Below, piece by piece: positions 47,108 to 57,100 of a stretch of DNA of 64,000 nt; position 1 is the stretch's first letter, and each line of letters starts with the position of its first letter. The translations under genes and the position numbers were made by a program. Under the pieces are notes generated by a model, which saw only the letters and a program-made list of their open reading frames with translations, searched no databases and was not told the DNA's origin. The stretch lies in the NCBI GenBank assembly GCA_001724265.1, contig MEDY01000079.1, forward strand, positions 62,001 to 126,000, written 5' to 3'. Origin of the DNA: Rhizaria sp. SCN 62-66. Its lineage: Eukaryota.

Positions 47108-49892
47108 ATGTAGTACCCACCTTCCAGTGCTATTGAATGTTTCTTGGCAGCGTATTCTGAAGCGCGAGCTAAACTTTTGCAAGGTACATCTCAACAACCA
47201 CGAAACCGTGGTCTTCCTTCGCCACTACTATCAGCTGGATTTATCGTTCACAAGCCCTTATCACTAACAACTTGCCATTTTTCCCTTTACAGACGATGCG
47301 CTTGGTGCTATCGCTATTGTGACGAACGTTATCTCCGCCGTGGAGGCGCGCCTGGAGGCGACAAAAGACCCCTTCGCCACCTCGACCACCTCATCCGTCT
47401 TGCGGGACCTGGTGATTGGCGCCGGCTCCTCGACTGCGCCTGTGACCACGCACACCACGCGCGCGTACGACTTACTCGCGTCGCTGCAGCCGTTTCTGTG
47501 CCCGCTGCTCGCGCTACGCGCGTGGGCGCGCTCGCGTGAGGACGACTTCATCGGCGTCATTCAAGACGCCTCCCTCGCTTTGCGGCTCGCAGAAGAGCCC
47601 ACGCCGCGCTCGCCGGCGCCTGTCTACTCGTGGTGCACCGCGGACTGCGTGCCCTCGTGCCTGGCGCTTCGCGCGCTGGCGCTTGCGTTTGTGGGCTCGT
47701 CGTCCAACGCTGCGCGCGACCGCGACGCCTTGCCCCTCGCACTGCCCGCGCCGCCGCTGCTGACTCTGCGCGAAGGTCGCGAGCTCGCAGTCGCGCTCGG
47801 CGTCCCAACAGCGACCGCCGAGGACGGCACTGCGACCGCTGTTGCGGATGCGCAGGCGGGGCGCGCGCTGGCGGCCGCTCTTGAGGCGCTCGATGCGCTC
47901 GCACTCGCAGCCTCCGCAGCCGCCGCGGCGCGCGCCGGCCGCGGGCGCGGACGCGCGACGGGCACCGCCGCGCTCACCGCCGTGCTGCGACCGCTGCGGC
48001 TTGCCGTGGAGACGCTCTGTAGCAGCGCGGATAGCGGCAGTGGCGGACGCGCCGCGCTGGTGGCCGCGCTGCAGGATGCGATGCACGACTCGGCCGAGGC
48101 CTCGCGGCGCGAGCGCGAGCGCGAGCCCACTCCAGACCGTAGCGGCGCGGGCGCAGCCGACCTCGCCGCGGCGACGATCCGTGTCGTGGGCCACGCGGAC
48201 GACGCGGCGGCCGCGGGCGGCGGCGCGGGCGCTCCCGCCCTGCTGATCGCGTCCCGCGAGCTTGAGGCTGGCGTGCGCGCCAAGCGCCGCGAGATGCGCG
48301 ACGCGCTGCGCCGCCAGCGCGCCGAACGCGACGCCGATGCGCCACTGCGCAGCGCTGCCGCGCGTGTGTGCGCCACGCTGCTCGTGCACCTCTGGCCGCT
48401 GGAGCTGCCCGCGGACGCCGGCGACGCCGCGCGGGCCGCGGCGGCGGGCGGCACCGTGGATCTGCTGCTCGACGACCGGCTCGTGCTGGGGCTGCCTGAC
48501 GCCGCGCGCTGCTACCACGTGCTCGTGCGCGCGCTCTGCCGCGAGCTGCCCGCGCCGCCCCGTACCCCGCGCTCCGCCGCGCTCGCCGCGCTCGCCGCGT
48601 CATCTCCATCTAGGTCTAACTCTGCATCTGCATCTGCGTCTGTGAGCGCGATGCACGCTTCGTCGCCAAACACGTCGGCGTGCCGCGAGATCGCGCAGCG
48701 GCAGCTCGCTGCGTGGCTTTCTGCCTGGGCGGCGGCCCACGCGCCCCCGCGCGTGCTCGCCGCGGCCTCCCGCGTCGCCCCCGCGCGCTCTAACAACTCC
48801 GCCGGCGGCGATGGCGGCGGTGGCGGCGGGTGGGAACGCGACTATAGTGCGCTGGTCGACCGCGGACGCATCCTCTTTCCGTCGGGACTTACCGCGCTGC
48901 TGTCGGTTGACGCCGCCGTGGACGCGCTCGACGGCCTGCGCCGCAGATAGGAGCGCAAGGAGTTTGCCGTCGCGCGGACCTTCGTGCGCGCGCGCTGTGA
49001 CCCGCGGATCCCACCGCCGCCGCCAGTCATCAAGACCATCCCCGCTGTTGCGCCGCCGCAGTGCACACCGGCGTCCGCAGCGCCGCTCTACGCCACGCAG
49101 ACGCTGACGCCTGCTGAGGCTCAGACCCAGCCTCTTCTGCAGCCGCTGCATCAGCTGGTACAGCAGCAGGCGCCGCAGTCTGCGCGGCGCGCGCGGCTGG
49201 AGGCGCAAATCGAGCTTGCGCGCAACAACGGCCCCTCACTCACTGCGGCCTCCCGCTCTTGGTTCCGCGCGCGCCCCCAGAACGCCGCGTTATTTTACAC
49301 TGCAGACGTTGCGACAATGCAGCCGGCGCTGCGGCGCGGCTTCACCGTGCGCGCAGCGGGCGCGCCGCCGCTGGTGCCGTCGCCGCCGCCGCGCCGCCGC
49401 GGCGTGCTGGCCGATTGCGTGTCATACGCGGCTGTGGGACGCCACGGCGGCGGCGTCAGCAGCGGCGGCGATGAAGTTTCGGATGACGCAGCGCGCGAGT
49501 CCACGGGCGCTGGGTTCAGTGGCGCTATGTTCAGCGGTAACGGGCCCACTGGCCTTGGCGCCGGCACTGGGGCTGGCACTGGCATAGGTGCTGGTTTGGG
49601 CACATTTCTCACCGAGGCAAGCGAGGGCAACGCGGCACACGGTGTGGCACAGCACAGAACTACAGAGGCGACGGCGTCAGTGACGGCGACGAAGACTGGG
49701 TTGCCATCGCTGTATGTGCGCAGCCTGGCGCGCACACGCGCGGGGGCGCGTGGCCGCAGACGCGGCACGGCGCCCGTCCTGCTGCAGGACGACGACGCGA
49801 GCATGATCCACACTGAAGCAGGGCTCCGCGTCTTCAGCATCTTCCACAAGAACCAGGTCCCTCCGCACGAGCATGACCAAGATCCGTTTTAA
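47108..49892 (+). CDS. Hypothetical protein; exons 47108-47183, 47293-49892; in-frame TAGs at 47111-47113 and 48948-48950
   Basis: ORFs 47319..48950 and 48984..49892 share a frame across one TAG; a GTACAT..CAG intron links an upstream exon beginning ATG TAG TAC; ends TAA. Confidence 0.6.
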
Positions 49893-50337
49893 AACACTTT
49901 GTTTATCATTACTTAGCATCCTTCGATTATTATTGCTCTCTGAGCAGTATTATTTTACACTAGTTCTTCTGAAATATTGTCACAATAAAAATACATGTAC
50001 TGTAGTACTTGTTTAATCTGTCAATATGATCTAAAATCGCTGCGCATGTTGTTAAAATATGATGTCTATTCTTACCCGGGGAGTTCCCGGAAGCGTTAAG
50101 TAGTAGCAAAGAATACACGATGTGTTTTGTTATAAACGGATAAAAAATTACGAGATACGAGTGTGAAGCTATTGTAGGCCAAGCCTTGACGAGCGCGCGC
50201 GCGCGCCACGGCACACGGCATCATGCCGCGAAGACGACGGCGAGAAGTCGACAGATACAGACAGACGCTGCGGCTGATCGTAAGCTGAGAGCGTAAGCTG
50301 AGAGCGGAGGCTGCGAGCGTTGCAGCGAGCGCGGTGC

Positions 50338-53277
50338 TTAGGCCTTGACGAGCTCGGCAACGACCTTAAAGGCAACGCTGACGGGTACGCCCAGCTTGAG
50401 CACTGCGGAGCGCGTTGCGGCGTTGTTGATCACCACAACCTCGGCCGCAGCCTCGGGCTTCGAGGCCAGGATGAGCTTGGCGGAGCGGACCTTAAAGCCC
50501 TCGGGGACGCCCGCAAAGCTGAGAGTGTCGACGTTGTTGGCGGCCACGGCGCCGTCGAGCGCGGGCGCCACTGGCACGATGCTCGGCAGCGGCGCGCGGT
50601 CCGAGGTAAAGACGATCGTATCGCCCTCCGCGTGTGCGGCGAAGCGCACGTAGACATAGTGGCCCTGCTGGTATTTGTGCGACGCGCCGTCGTCGATGTA
50701 GAGCGAGCCCGCGGCCGCGCGGTCCGCGTCGAGCGCGGCCACGAGCGAGAATGGGTCCAGCGTCATGGCGTTGGTCGAGCGGCGCGGGCGGCGCTGCAGC
50801 GGGACAACGTGGCCGCCGCGGTACAGCACGGGCACGTAGTCAGCCGGCGCGGGCAGAGTGACCTCGCCATCGCTGTCGACGGCCGGGGACGCCACGGGCG
50901 CGAGCGTGGCCGCGTGGAACCACTGCGAGCGCACCACAGCGCCTGCGGCGTTAGTGGTGAGCGGGATGTAGGCCACGACCTCGGTCTTGCCGGGCGCGGT
51001 CACGGGCACGACCATCACGGCGGGGCCAGTCAGGTACGCGCCGTCGCGCGCAAACGTCGCCGGGTCGGCCGGGAACTCATACACGAGCGGGCGCATCGGC
51101 GGCACGCCCGTGGTGTTGGAGAGACGCATCTCGGTGTAGAGGTACGGCAGGTGCGCGTAGCGCTGGCGCACGGCGGCCCGCAGGCGTGACGTGTGCGGCT
51201 CGCCGAAGAGCCATGGCTCGCGCCGCTTGGTCTCGATGTGCGCGTGTGCGCGGAAGAAAGGCGTGAGCACGGCGGCTTGGTACCAGCGCTCGAGCAGCTC
51301 GGCGGTCGGGTTCCCAAAAAAGCCGCCCACGTCGGCGCCGGCGAAAGAGATGCCGCCGACCGAGAGCGAGAGCAGCATCGCCGTCGTGTCGTGCAGGAAT
51401 TCCCACGTGGCGAAGTTGTCGCCGGTCCAGATCGCGCCGACGCGCTGCGTGCCCGCGAAGAGTGCGCGAGAGAGCACGAACGTGCGGTGCGTGGGGATCG
51501 CGGCTCCGGGCACGGGCGAGACCGACACCGCGCCCGCGGGCGCCCAGTCGGGCAGCACCGTGGTGGGCGGCGTCACAACGGCGGCCTGGCGCGCGGCGAG
51601 CCCGTCCTTGTTGGCCATGTGGTAGTAGAGCCCGTAGACGTTATGCACGTCGCGGTGCTCGGCCGCGCCACCGAAGTGCAGCACGTCCTTGGGCATCGTC
51701 ACCTCGGGCCCGCTGAACACGGAGGGCTCGTTCATGTCGTTCCACACGTGCAGCGTGGCGCTGCTGCCCGGGTAGCGGTCCAGCGCGTAGTTCGCCGCCC
51801 ACTCGCTGCGGACCTCGGCGCGCGCGAAGTCGGGGTACACGGACCGGCCGGCCCAGCAGTCGCCCTCGTAGACGTCGCCGCCGGCCACGCGCGTGAGCAG
51901 GTCCTTGTCGCGCAGCTGGCGGTACACGCCGTAGTTGTCGTCCTTCTTGACGTGCGGGTCAATGATGGTGACGAGGTGGCGGCCGTGCTGCGCCAGCTCG
52001 GCCTGCATCGCCACCGGGTCCGGGAACAGCTTGTCGTCCCACGTGAAGTACCGCTTGCCGTCCGTGTGCTCGATGTCGAGCCAGAGAATGTCGTACGGGA
52101 TGTCGTGCGCCTCGAAGCCGGCGTTGACAGCCAGCACGTCCTCGTGCGACTTGTAGTTCCAGCGGCATTGGTGGTACGCCATCGCGAACCGCGGCGGCAG
52201 CGCGGGCAGACCGGTAAGCTTGTGATACTGCGCGGCGAGCGCGGCGGGCGAGGCCGTGGCGAAGAGGAACAAGTCCATCACACCCGTCTCGGCCACCCAG
52301 TGCGTCGCCTCACCAGAGCTCTTAGCTGCGGGCGCCATGACGTCGACCCACATCTCTGACGGGTTCATGAAAAACGCGCCCGCGGTGAGCGGCCGGCGCG
52401 TCGCGCCCTCGCCAACGAGCCCGTGCGCGACGGCCAGCGGCACGGCGCCGTAGAGCGCCATCGGCGAGTCGAGCTTGTGCTCGAACACATCGAGGTTGAA
52501 GAGGCGGTACGGCTCGGTGTACTTGGCGCCGTCGCCGCGCGTGCGCTTGAGCGCGAGCGACGTCGCGTGCTCGGGCAGACCGTAGAGCGCGTCCGCAGCC
52601 GGAAACGTCACGTCGAGCGACACGGCCGTGGGGCCCGAGCGCTTCTTGTCGGTGTGGCCGTCGAAGCGCTCGCTCCACATCTCTTCGGCGTCGCTGGGTA
52701 GGCGCTCGCGACGCTGCTCGAAGCCCAGGAGCTGCTCGCCGTTAACCACGGCCGCAACGACGCCGCCCGACGTAAGCTCCACGCGGAACGGCGCAAAGTG
52801 CACTGTGGCGCAGAGCTGTTGCTGTGCGTCGCAGAGCGTGGCGCTGGCGGCGTCGGTCTTGGTCGTGACGCCCTCGGCCAGGTCTAGCGCGGTCGGGATC
52901 AGCACGTCGCCCAGCGGGACCTCCCAGCGCTTGCCCTTGGCGGCCACCACGGCATCGCCCTCCTCAGCGCGCAGGCGCACGACGCCCGCGGCAAGGAACG
53001 TCAGCGAGGCCTTGAGCGGCGCTACAAACGTCTCGGGCGACTCGCCCTCGTTGACGAGCTCGAACGTCACGCCCGAAGCAGTCTGCATCACAGCGCTACC
53101 CTTAACGGTGTAGTTACTCGGCGCGCGCTCGCGGTTGCGCTTGCAGTAGGCCGTCTGCTGGCACGTGCGGAACTTCTTCTCGTCGACTGCGGCGGAGAAA
53201 CCGAGCAGCATGCTGCAGACGAGAACGAAGAGCGCCAGCCGGCGGGCGCCCATCATCGGTGCGATCTTCAGGGGCAT
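50338..53277 (-). CDS. GANAB: Glucosidase II alpha subunit (GH31)
   Basis: Signal peptide then AVDEKKFRTCQQTAYCKRNR; PYRLFNLDVFE; HQCRWNY; WLDIEHTDGKRYFTWD; WNDMNEPSVF; WTGDN; ends TAA. Confidence 0.93.
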   Translation of the reverse strand: MPLKIAPMMGARRLALFVLVCSMLLGFSAAVDEKKFRTCQQTAYCKRNRERAPSNYTVKGSAVMQTASGVTFELVNEGESPETFVAPLKASLTFLAAGVVRLRAEEGDAVVAAKGKRWEVPLGDVLIPTALDLAEGVTTKTDAASATLCDAQQQLCATVHFAPFRVELTSGGVVAAVVNGEQLLGFEQRRERLPSDAEEMWSERFDGHTDKKRSGPTAVSLDVTFPAADALYGLPEHATSLALKRTRGDGAKYTEPYRLFNLDVFEHKLDSPMALYGAVPLAVAHGLVGEGATRRPLTAGAFFMNPSEMWVDVMAPAAKSSGEATHWVAETGVMDLFLFATASPAALAAQYHKLTGLPALPPRFAMAYHQCRWNYKSHEDVLAVNAGFEAHDIPYDILWLDIEHTDGKRYFTWDDKLFPDPVAMQAELAQHGRHLVTIIDPHVKKDDNYGVYRQLRDKDLLTRVAGGDVYEGDCWAGRSVYPDFARAEVRSEWAANYALDRYPGSSATLHVWNDMNEPSVFSGPEVTMPKDVLHFGGAAEHRDVHNVYGLYYHMANKDGLAARQAAVVTPPTTVLPDWAPAGAVSVSPVPGAAIPTHRTFVLSRALFAGTQRVGAIWTGDNFATWEFLHDTTAMLLSLSVGGISFAGADVGGFFGNPTAELLERWYQAAVLTPFFRAHAHIETKRREPWLFGEPHTSRLRAAVRQRYAHLPYLYTEMRLSNTTGVPPMRPLVYEFPADPATFARDGAYLTGPAVMVVPVTAPGKTEVVAYIPLTTNAAGAVVRSQWFHAATLAPVASPAVDSDGEVTLPAPADYVPVLYRGGHVVPLQRRPRRSTNAMTLDPFSLVAALDADRAAAGSLYIDDGASHKYQQGHYVYVRFAAHAEGDTIVFTSDRAPLPSIVPVAPALDGAVAANNVDTLSFAGVPEGFKVRSAKLILASKPEAAAEVVVINNAATRSAVLKLGVPVSVAFKVVAELVKA

Positions 53278-54141
53278 TAGAACCCTGGCTCGCGTCTATG
53301 CAAAAGAAAGAAAGGGAGCGGGGACATGTAGAATAGAGGTTAAAAGAGTAAAAGAGTCACATTTCGGAGCAACTCAAGTGGAAGAAGAAGGTGGCCGCGT
53401 CACCTGGATCTACTCCACCGCTTTAGCATGCATGAAATAAGGGCAACTCAGATAGATATGCAACATTTCTAAAATATGTCGTATGATATGACGACCACTC
53501 TGTCTCAAAATACCATTTCTTCACGTATATCTCGATGAGCTTAATTGGAAATCAAAGACTTTAACATGCCCTCGATTCGTCAAAGTCGACTCGAAGGGCC
53601 GGCCGAGTGCGCACGGTCACTTTGTGACTCAGCGACTCCCAAAAACACATCTACAGCGGTCTAAACGACACACATAGAAGTTATGATTTGATATTATATC
53701 TGTCCAGCACTATTTTTGTTTGTTTATAGGTTTTAACACGATCTTGACAATCACGGAACGCCCCGTCGTCGGCCACCTAAGCGCTGAAGAGCTCGTCGAG
53801 ATGTCGTCAATCGTATCTCGTTCAAATTCCGGTGGGATACTGGCCGCGTCGAGAGCTTTCTGAGTCACATCGCTGCTTTCTAATACTAAGGCTTTGCTGT
53901 GGCGCTGCTCAACTCTTCTCTCGGCTTTGCTCAGTCGCCCTCTCGAGATCTTCGTTACCTTTCGCTCGTTGCGCCATGGCAAGTCCACTAGCGGCCGAAT
54001 CTATCACCCTTGTCTCATTTGTCTCGACTCCCACAACGTTGTTTCCCTTCTTGCCACGCAGGGCAGTTTTCTTTTTTATTTAACCTCTCGACGCGTGGAT
54101 TGGTTTGGCCCGACTACTTAGTGGTTTCCGTCGCAGCCAAC

Positions 54142-57100
54142 ATGTGGTCCGCCCTCCGTAGCCTCCTGTGGAGCCGGCTCGTGCTGCGCAAGAGGAACTG
54201 GGTCACCAGCGTCCTCGAACTCGTCGTCCCTATGCTAGCCTTCGTCGTCATCTTGTACCCGTTCGCCGTTGACGTGTCGTCCCCGCTGGAGCGCGCGATC
54301 ATCCCCACGGAGCCCATCGACCGCCTAGTGTACCAACAGCGCAGCGTCCTGTCGGTGTTTGTGGAGCCCGAGGCGTTCGCCAAGCCGCTCGCCACGTACC
54401 TCAAGGCCTTCAACATCACGCTGCTCGACGCGCCCAGCCGGAGCGGCTACCTTATCACGCTCGACGTCACTGGCAACAGCGGCTGGACCGCCATCAAGCA
54501 CCCCGATGCCGACGTCCTCGGCCCGACGAGCACCAACGCCCGCGCCAGCGCACACGCCGATCCCATCCGCGCCGCCTTCGCCGCGCGCGCCGTGCGGGCC
54601 TCGCGCCACCGCGCATTGGCACTGCGCAAGTCGACGGCGACTGCGACCGCTGCGACCGCTGCGACCGGTGCAGCCGGTCGCAGCAATGCGGTTCGTCGCG
54701 GCAGCACCGTGCCTCGCGGTGACCTGGCGCCGCGCGACGACGACGCCGAGGACGACAGCGGCAGCAGCGACAGCGGCGGCAGTGACGGCGACAGCGACAG
54801 CGAGAGCGACAGCGGCAGCGGCAGTGGTGACGAGAGCGACAGCGGCAGCGGGGGCGGCAGCGGCGGCGACGACGACGACGACGGCGATGCGGCCGAGAAG
54901 GAGGTCGAAGAGTTCCCGTGGCGCCCCACGTACGCGTACTCGGTGCGTCCGCAGGCGCGCTCGCCGCTGCTCTTCTCGTGGTGGAACGAGCCCTCGTCGC
55001 TCTTCTCCATCTTCCCGCGCACGTACATGGACGCCGACGCGTGCTCAGCGTTCCTGGACTGCGGCAAGGACGCGCGCGGGCCCGGCGTCGAGACGCCCGA
55101 CGCGGCCGCGCGCGGACTCGTCATGTTGCAGCACCTCGTCAACTCGTTTGTGCTCGAGCTCCAGGGCGCGACCGCGCGCGGGCCGTCGTCCACCGCGGCG
55201 CCGGCGGTAAAGCTGAGCAAAGACCAGAAGCTTTCGTTCGTGCCCATGGCGCGCGCCGCGGGCACCGTGCTGCCGTCGACGGCGGGCGAGACTTCTCTGC
55301 TAGCCGCCGTCGCCGTCTTTGTCGCCGTGCTCTGTCTGGCGTCGATGCGGCTCAGCGCGGACCTGTTCAAGTTCCGCCACTCGCGCGGCTTCGACGCGCT
55401 GCGCCTCATGGGCACTGGCCCCGGCCTCGTGTGGTTCGCGACGGCGGCCGTCGCGCTCGTCGTAGTTCTGGGCTCGTCGTTGCTGCTTGCGCTCGCCGCC
55501 ACGGCGCGCGTGTTCCCGCGCACGTCGCTGCTGCACGCCTGGGTCATGTTTCTCGCCATGTGCAGCGCAATCACTGCCTACCTCGCCTGCGGGTCGGTCC
55601 TCGCGCAGCGCTCCAGTCTGCGCCTGCTCGTCGGCGTGCTGGTCAACGCCGTGCTCGTCGCCGCCGTGGGCATCTACAACGCGACCACGCCGACCGCGCG
55701 GCTGTTCGAGAACGTGCCTGACACCGTCACGGCCATGCTGGCCGTGCTGTGGCCGTCCATGGCCGCCGTGCAGATGCTGTCCGCGCTCGTCCGCCTCGAG
55801 GGCTCCGGCGTGGGGCTTATCCTCGAGGCGATCAACACCAACACGCTCGGCGTGTCTTACCTCGTCTACGTGCCCTGCTCTTTCTTCGCCGCGTGGATGT
55901 ACATCGTGCTGGGCGTGTACTGCGACAACGTCTACACGCTCGACCGCAGCATCGCACTGTCGTGGTTCTTCTGCCTCTCGCCCTCGTACTGGTGCGGCAC
56001 GCGCAACAACCGCGCGTCGGGCGTCATCACCAGTCTCTTCGTGGACCGCAACTCGCACGCCATGGTCGGATATCTCGAGGCCGGTGATGACGACGGCGCC
56101 CGCTCCCGCGGCGGCGCCCCGCTCAGCGCCATCGACGACGTCAACCTTGCCACCGGGCCCGGCGCTCCGCAACAGAGCGCAGGCGGTACAGGTGCAGACG
56201 CAGGCGCAGCGGCGGCGGCGGCGCAGGCGGCGAGCCGGGTGGAGCCCGCGCCGCCCGCGCCCGCGGTGCCCGGCTCCAGCGGCGGGCGCCCGTCGACGAC
56301 GGCGGCGACGGCATTCGTGCAGGTCTCCCAGCTGACGTACGTGCCGCCGACGCGCCAGTCTGCGGCGCCCGTGCTGGCGCTGTCCGAAGTGAGCGCCGAC
56401 TTCTACCACGGGCAGATCACGGCCGTGGTCGGCGACAGCGGCGCGGGCAAGACGACGCTGCTCAACGCCGTGGCCGCGCGCATTATGCCGACGAGCGGCA
56501 GCGTGCGAGTGATGGGCACGTCGACGCAGGCCGACGCCGAGAGCGTGCGTGCGACCGTGGGCATCTGCCCGCCCTGGAGCGCGCTCGACCCCGAGCTCAC
56601 CGTCGAGCAGACGCTCGTGCTCTTCGGCGGCATCAAGGGCATCTCGCGCTGGGAGCTGGGCGGCGCGATCGAGTTCATCCTGCAGCTGTACGCGCCCGCG
56701 GCCGGCGGCGCGCCCGCGGACACGGCGCTGCTGCGCGCGACGCCCGTGCGCGCTCTGCGCCACTCGCAGCGCCAGCGCCTCGCAGTCGCCATCGCCCTGC
56801 TGGGCCCCGCGCAGGTGATCCTGCTGGACGAGCCCGCTGAGGGACTCACGGCGCGCGACCGCGCCGGCATGTGGCAGCTGCTGCGCCGCGTCAAGGAGGA
56901 CAAGACGGTGCTGGTGGCCACGCGCCATGTGTCGCAGGCGCTCGAGATCGCGGACCGCGTGCTGGTGCTCTCGCACGGCCAGCTCAGCGTGTGCGGCTCC
57001 CCGCGCTGGCTCGCCGCCAAGCTACACACCGGATACACCATCTCGCTCCGCTACGCCGCCCATAACGCCGCTGCTGCGATTGCTGCTGCTGTCAATGACA

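Noticed and set aside
6130-48950. In-frame TAGs as pseudogenisation or random sequencing error
   Set aside because: All interruptions are the same codon, I saw no frameshifts or internal TAA/TGA, catalytic motifs are intact and TAG is absent from gene ends. Not formally excluded without reads.
6130-48950. TAG as pyrrolysine or A-to-I edited Trp
   Set aside because: Contexts are polar or Gln-rich rather than Trp-like, no pyl genes are visible, and pyrrolysine is not known in eukaryotes.
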